Below, in pieces: positions 1-9,269 of a DNA stretch of 64,000 bases. How positions within the stretch are numbered: the first letter of the stretch is position 1; each line of letters opens with the position of its first letter. The translations under genes and the position numbers were made by a program. The notes under the pieces were generated by a model. It was given only the letters and a program-made list of their open reading frames with translations, did no database searches and had not been told where the DNA came from. Source of the stretch: Clostridia bacterium (GTDB lineage Bacteria > Bacillota > Clostridia > UMGS1883); contig JAFQQD010000041.1 in the NCBI GenBank assembly GCA_017411435.1, positions 94 to 64,093 of the forward strand, given 5' to 3'.

Positions 1-41
1 GTTATACTAAATAAAAATGTTTAATCTACGAGGTGTACAAT

Positions 42-560
42 ATGGCTATTGGTAAAAGAATAAGATTTTTCCGTACCTTAAAAAACCTTACACAAAAGGA
101 ATTGGGCTTAAAGCTCCGTTATCCCGAAAGAGCTGCCGATGTTCGTGTCGCTCAATACGAATCCGAAACAAGAGTTCCGAAAGAGGACACCATCGAAAGA
201 CTTTCATATATATTTGATGTATCACCACTTGCGTTAAAAGTGCCTGATATTGATACCTATAACGGTCTTATGCACACCTTGTTTGTACTTGAAGATACAA
301 ATTATATGCACATAACCAAAAATGAAGCAGGTCAGTATTGTATCGCCTTAGACAAATATACCGAAAATTCAAAAGCTCATAGTATGAATGAAATGTTTCG
401 CTTATGGCATGATGAATACCAAAAATTCTTAAACGGAGAAATCACAAAAGAAGAATACGACCATTGGAGATATACCTTTCCAAAAGTTGAAGGTGACCGC
501 TTTGAAGAAAGACTCAAAAAACTGCGAGAGAAAGAAAAAGGTCACGAATTTAAGTTATAA
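42..560 (+). CDS. XRE-family helix-turn-helix transcriptional regulator (N-terminal HTH, C-terminal domain of unknown function)
   Basis: N-terminal 'IGKRIRFFRTLKNLTQKELGLKL' HTH_3 signature. GAGGTG RBS at 30-35 lies 6 nt before the ATG at 42. The ORF track starts at an upstream GTG at 33, which looks less likely. Confidence 0.7.
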   Translation: MAIGKRIRFFRTLKNLTQKELGLKLRYPERAADVRVAQYESETRVPKEDTIERLSYIFDVSPLALKVPDIDTYNGLMHTLFVLEDTNYMHITKNEAGQYCIALDKYTENSKAHSMNEMFRLWHDEYQKFLNGEITKEEYDHWRYTFPKVEGDRFEERLKKLREKEKGHEFKL

Positions 561-572
561 GCATAGAAAAAT

Positions 573-612
573 CCCCCTGAAAACTTTGTCGTTTTCAGGG
601 GGATAGTTTTTT
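573..612 (+). terminator. Rho-independent terminator, bidirectional, between the XRE gene and the convergent guaA-like gene
   Basis: Hairpin ccccctgaaaac/gttttcaggggg followed by a T6 run on the + strand and flanked by A-rich sequence on the other side. Confidence 0.7.
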
Positions 613-719
613 ATAATCATTTATTGTCTGCAATAGTAAAATAGTATCAAATTAGTATCATTGCAGATTTCAAAGTCCCAAAAAGCCTTATTTTAAGCCA
701 CTTTTGAGGATTTGATTAC

Positions 720-1700
720 TTACTCCCACTCAATTGTGCCGATGGGCTTTGGTGTGAGGTCTAAAAGGACGCGGTTGATGCCGTCAACTTCGTTTGTTAT
801 GCGGTTTGTAATTTTGTGAAGTACTTCGTAGGGAATTTCCTCGATAGTAGCTGTCATAGCGTCAGTAGTATTGACTGCACGGATGATTGCAGGCCAACCT
901 TCGTAACGCTTATCGTTCTTTACGCCTACGCTCTTCATATCGGGAACTGCAATGAAATACTGCCATACGGTTTTTGCAAGGCCGCAGTTATCGAATTCTT
1001 CACGAAGGATTGCGTCTGCCTCACGAAGTGCATGAAGTCTGTCACGGGTGATTGCGCCAAGGCATCTTACGCCAAGACCGGGACCGGGAAACGGCTGACG
1101 GTAAACCATCTCGTCAGGAAGACCAAGAGCGCTGCCAACTACTCTTACTTCGTCCTTGTAGAGAAGTTTTACGGGCTCAACAAGCTCCATTTCCATATCT
1201 TCGGGAAGTCCGCCAACATTATGATGAGCCTTCACGCCGTCACTTTCAAGGATGTCGGGGTAGATCGTACCCTGTGCGAGGAACTTGATGTCATCAAGTT
1301 TTGCGGCTTCCTCGTCAAATACCTTGATAAATTCTCCACCAATAATCTTTCTCTTTTTTTCGGGTTCTGCTACACCTTTGAGAAGGTCAAGAAAACGGTC
1401 AGTAGCATCTACATAGATAAGGTTAGCATCAAGTCCATTTTTGAAAACCTCGATAACCTGCTCGCTCTCGCCTTTACGCATAAGGCCGTGATTTACATGC
1501 ACACATACGAGCTGCTTGCCGATTGCCTTGATAAGAAGTGCGGCAACAACAGATGAATCAACACCACCTGAAAGTGCAAGAAGAACTTTCTTGTCACCAA
1601 CCTGCTCACGAACGAGCTTTACCTGTTCATTGATAAATTTGTCTGCCAATGCTTTTGTTGTAATACGCTCCATTGATTCGGGTCTTACATTTGTGTTCAT
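720..1700 (-). CDS. guaA: GMP synthase ATP-pyrophosphatase (PP-loop) domain protein, standalone 'subunit B'-like with no glutamine amidotransferase domain
   Basis: PP-loop 'LALSGGVDSSVVAALL' and the canonical GMPS C-terminal dimerisation tail '...PKPIGTIEWE'. At 326 aa it lacks the N-terminal GATase domain. Its start lies 27 nt downstream of the cysK stop. Confidence 0.75.
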   Translation of the reverse strand: MNTNVRPESMERITTKALADKFINEQVKLVREQVGDKKVLLALSGGVDSSVVAALLIKAIGKQLVCVHVNHGLMRKGESEQVIEVFKNGLDANLIYVDATDRFLDLLKGVAEPEKKRKIIGGEFIKVFDEEAAKLDDIKFLAQGTIYPDILESDGVKAHHNVGGLPEDMEMELVEPVKLLYKDEVRVVGSALGLPDEMVYRQPFPGPGLGVRCLGAITRDRLHALREADAILREEFDNCGLAKTVWQYFIAVPDMKSVGVKNDKRYEGWPAIIRAVNTTDAMTATIEEIPYEVLHKITNRITNEVDGINRVLLDLTPKPIGTIEWE

Positions 1701-1727
1701 ATAAATCTCCTCCTAATTTGTATTAAA

Positions 1728-2657
1728 TCAATCCTCAAAAAGTGGGGTTGAAAAATATCTTTCTGCTGTGTCTGGAAGAACAGTCACGACTGTCTTTCCC
1801 CTGCCGAGTTTTTTTGCGAGTTTTATTGCTGCCGCAACATTGGTACCGCTTGAGATACCACAGAGGATACCTTCCTTTGCTGCGAGGTCTTTTGCGGTCT
1901 GAATTGCCTCCTCGTCTTTTATAATGCAAATATCACTGTATATATTCTGATTAAGTATCGGCGGAATGAGACCGTCTCCTATACCCATCTGCAAATGAGT
2001 CCCGATAGAGCCGCCAGAAAGAATTGCCGCGTGTTCAGGCTCAACCGCCCAGATTGTGATGTCGGGGTTTTCTTCTTTTAATACTTCACCGATACCTGTG
2101 ATTGTACCACCTGTTCCTATACCTGAGCAAAAACCGTCAATAGGACCGCCAACCGCTTCTAGAATTTCGCGTCCTGTAACATTACGCTGTACAGCAAGGT
2201 TGGCAGGATTTTCAAACTGCTGAGGCACAAAAACATTTGGGTTTTCGCTCTGCATACGAAGAGCAGTCTGCAAGCACTCCTCTATACATTCTCCGATGTT
2301 ACCTGCATCGTGGATAAGCATAACATCTGCACCGTAGTGCTTTACAAGTTTTCTGCGTTCCTCACTTACCGAGTCTGGCATAATGATAAGCGTCTTATAA
2401 CCTCTCACCGCACCGACAAGAGCAAGTCCTATTCCCTGATTTCCGCTTGTAGGCTCTACGATGATTGTGTCTTTATTTATTTTACCCTCTTTTTCCGCTT
2501 CCAGTATCATATTGTATGCAGTTCTTGTTTTAATCGAGCCGCCTACATTAAGTCCTTCAAATTTCACAAGGATACGAGCACTGTCTTCATCGACCATACG
2601 GGAAAGCTTTATTATAGGGGTTTCTCCTATCGCTTCTAGAACATTGTTATATATCAT
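1728..2657 (-). CDS. cysK: Cysteine synthase A / O-acetylserine sulfhydrylase (PLP-dependent)
   Basis: 'PTSGNQGIGLALVGAVRGYK', 'GIGTGGTITG' and 'SSGTNVAAAIKLAKK' motifs typical of the CysK/CysM family. 309 aa. Confidence 0.85.
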   Translation of the reverse strand: MIYNNVLEAIGETPIIKLSRMVDEDSARILVKFEGLNVGGSIKTRTAYNMILEAEKEGKINKDTIIVEPTSGNQGIGLALVGAVRGYKTLIIMPDSVSEERRKLVKHYGADVMLIHDAGNIGECIEECLQTALRMQSENPNVFVPQQFENPANLAVQRNVTGREILEAVGGPIDGFCSGIGTGGTITGIGEVLKEENPDITIWAVEPEHAAILSGGSIGTHLQMGIGDGLIPPILNQNIYSDICIIKDEEAIQTAKDLAAKEGILCGISSGTNVAAAIKLAKKLGRGKTVVTVLPDTAERYFSTPLFED

Positions 2658-2783
2658 ATTCGACCTCCGTTTGACAATTTATACTATCAGTATATTAACA
2701 ATTGCCAAAACATGCTTTATCTGTAGATTTTAACACAGTTTATTATACTTTTCAATATTTTTTTGGCAGAATATCAAGGATAA

Positions 2784-2813
2784 TTAAAAAAATTCCCGAA
2801 AATTTTCGGGAAT
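2784..2813 (-). terminator. Rho-independent terminator for tcdA
   Basis: Hairpin attcccgaaaattttcgggaat begins 2 nt after the tcdA stop and is followed by U7 on the minus-strand transcript. Confidence 0.65.
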
Positions 2814-2815
2814 TT

Positions 2816-3514
2816 CTATTTTATTAAATCCTTTATGACCTCACCTGCGATGATAAGCCCCGCTACAGACGGAACAAAAGAGATACTTGACGGGGTTCGG
2901 TCTTCGCTCTGGGGTGTTGTTTTGGGCTCTTCCTCAGAGTAAAGCACCTTTAGAGAGTCGATTCCCCTTTTTTTAAGTTCACGGCGCATTACTCTTGCAA
3001 GAGGACAGACGCTTGTTTCATAAATATCTGCTACCTTAAACTTAGTGGGGTCAAGTTTATTTCCTGTTCCCATACTGCTGATTACGGGGATATTATTCTC
3101 TTTTGCCTTTACTATTATGTCAATTTTTGCAGTAACTGTATCTACTGCATCTATTATATAGTCATACTGTGAAAAGTCAAATTTGTCAGCATTTTCAGGG
3201 AGGTAGAACACATTGCAGGCACTAACTTCCGCCTTGGGATTAATGCTTAAAATCCGTTTTTTCGCAACATCAACCTTCAATTTGCCTATCGTGTCATGAG
3301 TTGCTATAATCTGGCGGTTAATGTTAGTAATGTTGACAGTGTCGTTATCAACAATGTCAAAAGCACCTACACCGCTGCGTGCAAGTGCCTCAACAACATA
3401 GCTTCCCACTCCGCCGATGCCGAATATCGCAACGCGTGAGGATGCAAGCTTTTCAAGTGCCTTTGTTCCAATCAGCATAGCTGTTCGTGAAAATTGCATT
3501 TTATCAGTCCTCAA
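2816..3514 (-). CDS. tcdA: tRNA threonylcarbamoyladenosine dehydratase (ThiF/MoeB-like E1 fold, TcdA/CsdL)
   Basis: 'AIFGIGGVGSYVVEALARSGVG...DNDTVNITNINRQ' Rossmann/E1 motif. Length and 'IDAVD...K' and 'SSMGTG' segments match TcdA. Confidence 0.75.
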   Translation of the reverse strand: MRTDKMQFSRTAMLIGTKALEKLASSRVAIFGIGGVGSYVVEALARSGVGAFDIVDNDTVNITNINRQIIATHDTIGKLKVDVAKKRILSINPKAEVSACNVFYLPENADKFDFSQYDYIIDAVDTVTAKIDIIVKAKENNIPVISSMGTGNKLDPTKFKVADIYETSVCPLARVMRRELKKRGIDSLKVLYSEEEPKTTPQSEDRTPSSISFVPSVAGLIIAGEVIKDLIK

Positions 3515-4076
3515 TTATGATTTCTTCAAGTGAGCGTTTGGGTACATTCAGCACGCCGTTTTCGTCCATAAAATATTTCACATCGCCGTCTGTCATATCG
3601 CATATGGTACTTTCCTGCGCTGCTTCGCCAACTGCAAGGATGTAAATAAGACGAAGATTTTCGGAGATATCAAGAATTTTGCAAAGCTCTTTTCTGTCGA
3701 TGGAGCCGAACCAGCATGTTGCAAGGTTAAGTTCTGTCGCGCGGAGCATCATATTAGTTATTGCAGCACCTGCATCAACACCAAAATCCTCGTTTTTTTT
3801 GATTGTCGAATCACCAAGAATTGCAATATATGCAGTAGGTCTTTCTCCTACTTTGGGTGTACCGTCTTTGAGATACCCTGCCCATTTTGTATGGGGGAAT
3901 ACCTTTTCAACTTCGTTTTCGTCAGTAATCGTTCTGAATTTAAGCGGCTGAAGATTTGCGCCGTATGCAGCAAGACGGGCACAGTCAATAAGCTCGTGCA
4001 GTTCTGCCTTGTCGATTTTTCTTTGTGTAAACTTTCTTATCGTTCTTCTTTTTTCTATCGCTTCGCGTACATTCAT
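3504..4076 (-). CDS. Nitroreductase-family protein (FMN-dependent)
   Basis: N-terminal 'AIEKRRTIRKFTQRKID' nitroreductase signature. Overlaps the tcdA start by 11 nt, suggesting an operon. Confidence 0.7.
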   Translation of the reverse strand: MNVREAIEKRRTIRKFTQRKIDKAELHELIDCARLAAYGANLQPLKFRTITDENEVEKVFPHTKWAGYLKDGTPKVGERPTAYIAILGDSTIKKNEDFGVDAGAAITNMMLRATELNLATCWFGSIDRKELCKILDISENLRLIYILAVGEAAQESTICDMTDGDVKYFMDENGVLNVPKRSLEEIIIED

Positions 4077-4080
4077 ATTA

Positions 4081-4794
4081 TCAAATTCCTTTCAGCCATT
4101 CTTTTTCCTTATCGGTAAGAGCCGCATTTTCCATAAGCTCGGGGCGTTTTTTTAGCGTTCTTAAAATGCTTTGCTCCCTACGCCATTTTTCGATATTTGC
4201 GTGGTGTCCGCTGAGTAGTATTTCGGGAACCTCGCGTCCCATAAATTCGGGAGGTCTGGTATATTGCGGATATTCTAAAAGTCCGTCATAATGACTTTCA
4301 ACACTTGCAGTTTCCTGACTGTCAAGCACACCATCAATCATTCGGCTGATGCAGTCAATTAAAACCATTGCCGGAAGCTCTCCGCCCGTTAAAACATAAT
4401 CTCCGATGGAAATTTCCTCGTCAACAATTTCTTCGATAATGCGTTCATCAACACCCTCGTAATGTCCGCAGAGTATTACGATATGGCCCTTTTGCGCAAG
4501 CTCCCGCGCCTTTTTTTGCGTGAGCGTTTTTCCCTGCGGTGACATATATATTACATGAGGTTTACTCTCCCCTGCAACTGCCTTATACGCATCATAGATT
4601 GGCTGAGGCTGCATAACCATTCCACCGCCCGCACCGTAGGGGTAATCGTCCACACGGCGATGCTTGTCCGTTGAGTAGTCACGGATATTTACATATTCAG
4701 TTTCAATAATTCCTTTACCTATTGCCCGTCCGATGATGCTTTCTGAAAGTGCATCAAGCATTTCGGGAAAAAGCGTAAGCACGCTGAATTTCAT
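4081..4794 (-). CDS. trmD: tRNA (guanine37-N1)-methyltransferase
   Basis: 'MKFSVLTLFPEM', 'DDYPYGGG' and SPOUT knot motifs. Conserved rimM-trmD adjacency. Confidence 0.9.
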   Translation of the reverse strand: MKFSVLTLFPEMLDALSESIIGRAIGKGIIETEYVNIRDYSTDKHRRVDDYPYGAGGGMVMQPQPIYDAYKAVAGESKPHVIYMSPQGKTLTQKKARELAQKGHIVILCGHYEGVDERIIEEIVDEEISIGDYVLTGGELPAMVLIDCISRMIDGVLDSQETASVESHYDGLLEYPQYTRPPEFMGREVPEILLSGHHANIEKWRREQSILRTLKKRPELMENAALTDKEKEWLKGI

Positions 4795-5283
4795 TTATAT
4801 CAGTCCTTCAATGGGGGTTATATGGATTGTACCATCTTTAATTTTTACATCACTTACGAACACGGGGATATTTGGGATGAGCACCTTTTCGCCGCCAGTT
4901 TTTGTGATTTGAAGCAAGTTTGATGCATTGTTTTCAATTACATCTGTAACCTTTCCCAGTTCTTCTCCATCGGGCAAAATTGCAGTAAGACCAATAAGCT
5001 CAAAGAAATAATACTCTCCCTTGGGAAGCTTTGGTAAATCCTCTTCTCTTGCGTAGAGTTTTGTGAATTTAAGTTTTTCAGCATCGTTTAATTCATCGAC
5101 ACCGTCAAGTTTTAAGATGACGGAACCTTTATGAAATTTCCACGAAAGGATTTTTACAGGAGTATTATCCTCTTTATACACGGTTTTAACCTTTTTGAAG
5201 AAAGTGTCTCCGTCTGTATAGTGAAGCGCCTTTACCTCTCCACGCACTCCGTGTGTATTTACAATTTGCATTACATATATCAT
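4795..5283 (-). CDS. rimM: 16S rRNA processing protein RimM
   Basis: 'IVNTHGVRGEVKA' RimM N-terminal motif plus PRC barrel. Abuts trmD with no gap. Confidence 0.85.
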   Translation of the reverse strand: MIYVMQIVNTHGVRGEVKALHYTDGDTFFKKVKTVYKEDNTPVKILSWKFHKGSVILKLDGVDELNDAEKLKFTKLYAREEDLPKLPKGEYYFFELIGLTAILPDGEELGKVTDVIENNASNLLQITKTGGEKVLIPNIPVFVSDVKIKDGTIHITPIEGLI

Positions 5284-5300
5284 TTTGACACTTCCTCTGA

Positions 5301-6185
5301 TTAATTCTGCGCTTGCAAATCTGAAAAATATCTTTCCAAACCCGCAACAATTCCTGCTACCATTTTTTCCTGATACTCGTCTGATTCCATAAGTTTGTCT
5401 TCGTCCGGATTCGTCATAAATCCCATTTCAAGCAAAATAACCGGTACTTTTGACCAGTTAAATCCGGTCATGTCATTTCTGACAGAGATACCTCTGTCCT
5501 GTGCACCTGTTGTCCTGACGAATTCTTCTAAAATCATCGTTCCAGCTTTTCTGCTTTTTTCAATAACTGCGAAATCCTTTATATGTGCCCCACCGGGAAT
5601 AAGCATTGACACTCCACGGACTGCAGTGTTATCGTTTCCATCCGCATGAAGCTTTACAGAAATATCTGCATTTAGGTCGTTTGCAAAGACGGCACGATCA
5701 ATATTTGATACATCACAGTTGTGCACGGTTCTTGTCATATGAACTTGTGCACCCTTTTCCTGGAGTGCCCTTTGCAGTTTCAAAGCAACCATTAAGTTAA
5801 GTTGTTCTTCGGTAATGTTTTTTCCTCTTGTACCGGAAACAAATGCACTTTTTGTTTCTGAGCTGTCCGGTGCAATAGGCTCCTGTTTGGTGTAACTGTT
5901 TACTCCGTGACCGGGGTCAACAACGATTACTTTTCCCAAAAGCACCCCTGTTTTTTCGGGTTTTGTTGTTTCGTCCTCTTTCTTTTCTTCAGGCTTTATA
6001 CTCTCTTCATCCTTTTCAGAAATTTCTTTTTCCGGTTTTTGGGATGTTTCCTTTATATTTTTTTCTTTTTTAACAGTTTCTGTTTTTGGAGTATTGTTTT
6101 TTTCTATTTTTACACCCGACACGCATCCGCTAAACAAAAAAGCAAAAACAAGAATACTTATAAATAATTTTCTCATTATCTCCAC
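5301..6185 (-). CDS. N-acetylmuramoyl-L-alanine amidase (Amidase_3 family) lipoprotein with a K/E-rich linker
   Basis: Lipobox 'LFSGC'. Low-complexity KE-rich spacer. Amidase_3 core 'VIVVDPGHGVNSY...ALKLQRALQEKGAQVHMTR...LHADG'. Confidence 0.75.
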   Translation of the reverse strand: MEIMRKLFISILVFAFLFSGCVSGVKIEKNNTPKTETVKKEKNIKETSQKPEKEISEKDEESIKPEEKKEDETTKPEKTGVLLGKVIVVDPGHGVNSYTKQEPIAPDSSETKSAFVSGTRGKNITEEQLNLMVALKLQRALQEKGAQVHMTRTVHNCDVSNIDRAVFANDLNADISVKLHADGNDNTAVRGVSMLIPGGAHIKDFAVIEKSRKAGTMILEEFVRTTGAQDRGISVRNDMTGFNWSKVPVILLEMGFMTNPDEDKLMESDEYQEKMVAGIVAGLERYFSDLQAQN

Positions 6186-6907
6186 CCCATATATTGCTCA
6201 TACTTAACAAGGAAGTTCTTGTTCGCCTTTTCTACTGTATTAAACGAGTTTTCGTTGAAATACGGATTAGGTTCATACCAATCTTGCTGTGGAAAGTATG
6301 TCTTGTACGGTTCTGTCTTGAATATATAACCATGTCTTGCATAAATTTCGTTACGCATAAACGCGACTTCAGATTTAGTTTTTCCGTATAAATCTGATTC
6401 TGTTATATATACTCTGTCGCTGGGGAAGAAATAACTGGGATTGCTTTCTGTCGATTCTTCCTCTACCGGTACTTCTTCCTCATTTAATTCTTCCGTAGTT
6501 TCCCCTTCAATATCTTGTTTATTTTCTTCAGTTTCTTCTACACTGCTCTCTACTTCTGTTTCGGAAGCGCTGTTTGTTGCACCAAAATTGTAAAAGGCAT
6601 AGCAGAGCACAACTACACAGAGGATAATTGCAATCACAAGGGAAATTATAAGGAGAATTGAGCCGATTCCCGTTTTCTTTTTAACAACTTCTCTGGAATA
6701 AGAGGGTGTAGTATCAAAAACAGGAGTATATTCAGTTTCATATGTAGTGGGATATTCAGTTCTGTATACAGCTGCGTCCTCATTTATAGCCTGACCTTGG
6801 TTATTCACCTTCATACCACAGCTGTTGCAAAAATTTGTTCCCGGTTTTATTTCATTTCCACAATTTGTGCACCTCAAGATTAAAACCTCCCAAGTGTAAA
6901 ATACCAT
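6176..6907 (-). CDS. Zinc-ribbon / single-TM protein with a C-terminal YARHG domain
   Basis: N-terminal 'CTNCGNEIKPGTNFCNSCG' zinc ribbon. TM helix 'ILLIISLVIAIILCVVVLCYAF'. C-terminal 'MRNEIYARHGYIF' YARHG motif. Confidence 0.65.
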   Translation of the reverse strand: MVFYTWEVLILRCTNCGNEIKPGTNFCNSCGMKVNNQGQAINEDAAVYRTEYPTTYETEYTPVFDTTPSYSREVVKKKTGIGSILLIISLVIAIILCVVVLCYAFYNFGATNSASETEVESSVEETEENKQDIEGETTEELNEEEVPVEEESTESNPSYFFPSDRVYITESDLYGKTKSEVAFMRNEIYARHGYIFKTEPYKTYFPQQDWYEPNPYFNENSFNTVEKANKNFLVKYEQYMGWR

Positions 6908-6976
6908 TTAATTTTATCATATTTACATCTATATTGCAACAAAAAAACTGCAGTGAGTTACTGCAGTTTTTTGTTA

Positions 6977-9265
6977 TTAAAGTTTGTTTCTTATAATCTT
7001 ACCGCTTGTTGTTTTGGGAAGTGATTCGCGGAATTCAACAATTCTGGGGTATTTATAAGGTGCTGTGTGCTCCTTAACATACATCTGGATTTCCTTTTTG
7101 AGTTCTTCGCTGGGAACAGTGTCCTTAGTCAAAACGATACTTGCCTTAACTACCTGACCACGGATATCATCGGGTGCTGCTGATACGCCACATTCCACAA
7201 CATAGGGAAGTTCCATAATAACGCTTTCGATTTCAAAGGGTCCTATTCTGTAGCCTGATGACTTTATTACATCATCGATACGACCAACATAGAAGTAGAA
7301 GCCGTCCTCATCACGGTAGGCGACATCGCCCGTATGGTAAAGTCCGTCATGCCATACTTCTTTTGTCTTTTCTTCGTCTTTGTAATAACCCTTAAAAAGG
7401 CCGCAAGGCACACGCTCACTTGTGCGGATAACGATTTCGCCGTTTTCACCGACATCAACACTCTTTCCGTCAGGGTCAACGATATCAACATCATAAAGCG
7501 GTACGGGTTTACCCATTGCACCGAGTTTGTATTCTCTGCCGTAAAGGTTACCGATAAGGCAGGTTGTTTCTGTCTGACCGAAGCCTTCCATAATACGAAG
7601 TCCTGTAAGGTTTTTAATCTGCTTATAAACCTCGGGGTTAAGTGCCTCGCCGGCAGTATTTGCGTGCTGAACGGAAGACATATCGTATTTTGATATATCC
7701 TCTTTCATGAGCATTCTGTACATTGTGGGGGGAGCACAGAAGGTTGTGATTCCGTATTCTGAGAAGAGCGGAAGAATATCTGCCGCGTCAAATTTATCAA
7801 AATCATATACGAAAAGCGCAGCCTCGCAGAGCCACTGACCGTAGATTTTACCCCACGCTGCCTTCGCCCAGCCTGTGTCTGAGATTGTAAGATGAAGACC
7901 TTCTGGGTCAACACAGTGCCAGTAGTTTGCAGTGTGGAAATGACCAAGCGGATATGTGTATGAGTGAAGTGCCATCTTGGGATTGCCCGTTGTACCTGAT
8001 GTAAAGTACATAAGCATATCATCACTTCCGCAGGGAGAGTCTTCTTTTCTTTCATATGTGTCGGGGAAATCCTTGTATTCCTCGTCAAAGTTTCTCCATC
8101 CGTCACGAGATCCGCCCACGATGATTTTTTCCTTAAGTGTAGGAGCATTTTTTGCACCGTTTTCGGCACGGTCTGCGATATCATCATCGGCAGTACAGAT
8201 TATAGCGTGTACGCCTGCCGCATTGTAGCGGTATTCGTAGTCATGCTCCTGAAGAAGATATGTTGCCGGAATCGCTACTGCGCCAATCTTATGAAGTGCA
8301 AGTATTGCAATCCAGAACTGATAGTGACGCTTAAGAACAAGCATAACCTTGCTTCCGCGAGTGATACCGATTGATTCAAAATAGTTTGCACAACGCGCTG
8401 ATTCACGCTTGAAGTCAGCAAATGTAAATCTGCGTTCTTCTTTATCCTTTGTAAGATGAAGCATGGCAAGTTTTTCAGGTTTCTTATCCGCAATTGCATC
8501 AATAACATCGAATGCGAAGTTGAACTTGTCCTCGTTCTTAAACGAAATCTTTTCAAGACAGCCGTTTTCATCTTCAACTATGTCTATAAAGTTGTTATAC
8601 ACTCTCTTGTATTCGCGGTGAGGCTTGTAATTAGTCTTAACGATGGCTTTTTCTTCTTCCTGCGAAGCATTTTTCTCGCCATTTAATACTATAGCATAGA
8701 ACTCACAGTCCTGACCTCCAACGGCTACCATACCGTGAGGCGCAGAGCTGTCGTAGTAAATACTGTCGCCAGCGTTCAAGATTTCACTGTGAGCGCCTAC
8801 CTGAACCTTAAGTGAGCCGCTTATTACAATATCAAGCTCCTGTCCATCATGACTTGCAAGCTCAATATCCTTGCGTTCTGCATTTTCATCATAAATAGCG
8901 TGAACATAAAGAGGTTCTGCCACTCTGCCACGGAATGCAGATGCAAGATTGTAATAAACCATACCGTGTGCCTGATCGATAATCGAACCTTCGCCGCTTC
9001 TTGTAACGGTATAGGAACGAAGATTCGAGCTGACGCCCTCAATAATATCAGTTACACCAACCTTGAATGCAAGTGCGCAGCGGTAAATGAAAGCGAAACT
9101 AAGGTCGTGCTTACCTTCCTCACAAGCGACATATTCTTCACGGGAAACGCCTGTAAGCTTTGCCATAGTTTCAACAGAAATACCGTCAATCTGGCGGAGT
9201 TCTTTAATTCTGGCGGCAACTTCACTAATTTTGAAGTCGAGGCCTGTCATCATTGTTTCTTCCAT
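6977..9265 (-). CDS. Fusion protein: XRE HTH + cupin domain + AMP-forming acyl-CoA synthetase/ligase (ANL superfamily)
   Basis: N-terminus 'ISVETMAKLTGVSREEYVACEEG' HTH. Cupin-like 'GQELDIVISGSLKVQVG...HGMVAVGG'. ANL motifs 'YFTSGTTGNPK', 'GYGQTE'-like 'GFGQTETT', and C-terminal 'SGKIIRNKL'. Confidence 0.8.
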   Translation of the reverse strand: MEETMMTGLDFKISEVAARIKELRQIDGISVETMAKLTGVSREEYVACEEGKHDLSFAFIYRCALAFKVGVTDIIEGVSSNLRSYTVTRSGEGSIIDQAHGMVYYNLASAFRGRVAEPLYVHAIYDENAERKDIELASHDGQELDIVISGSLKVQVGAHSEILNAGDSIYYDSSAPHGMVAVGGQDCEFYAIVLNGEKNASQEEEKAIVKTNYKPHREYKRVYNNFIDIVEDENGCLEKISFKNEDKFNFAFDVIDAIADKKPEKLAMLHLTKDKEERRFTFADFKRESARCANYFESIGITRGSKVMLVLKRHYQFWIAILALHKIGAVAIPATYLLQEHDYEYRYNAAGVHAIICTADDDIADRAENGAKNAPTLKEKIIVGGSRDGWRNFDEEYKDFPDTYERKEDSPCGSDDMLMYFTSGTTGNPKMALHSYTYPLGHFHTANYWHCVDPEGLHLTISDTGWAKAAWGKIYGQWLCEAALFVYDFDKFDAADILPLFSEYGITTFCAPPTMYRMLMKEDISKYDMSSVQHANTAGEALNPEVYKQIKNLTGLRIMEGFGQTETTCLIGNLYGREYKLGAMGKPVPLYDVDIVDPDGKSVDVGENGEIVIRTSERVPCGLFKGYYKDEEKTKEVWHDGLYHTGDVAYRDEDGFYFYVGRIDDVIKSSGYRIGPFEIESVIMELPYVVECGVSAAPDDIRGQVVKASIVLTKDTVPSEELKKEIQMYVKEHTAPYKYPRIVEFRESLPKTTSGKIIRNKL

Positions 9266-9269
9266 AGTT

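Noticed and set aside
560-720. Inverted repeat ctgcaat..attgcag containing a tagtatca direct repeat, as a possible operator
   Set aside because: It lies downstream of the XRE gene, between convergent gene ends next to the terminator. There is no associated promoter, so a regulatory role is unsupported.
816-2733. Plus-strand ORFs antisense to guaA-like and cysK (816..1556, 1052..1288, 2310..2639, 2461..2733)
   Set aside because: They are entirely antisense to strongly supported conserved genes. They are low-complexity, with no RBS.
720-4076. Sulfur-carrier-type cysteine biosynthesis cassette (ThiF-like E1 + CysK/CysM-like + PP-loop ATPase) analogous to CysO-CysM-MoeZ
   Set aside because: The ThiF-like protein matches TcdA (tRNA t6A dehydratase) specifically. 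The PP-loop protein has the GMP-synthase dimerisation tail. A terminator separates tcdA from cysK. No small ThiS/MoaD-like carrier ORF was seen.
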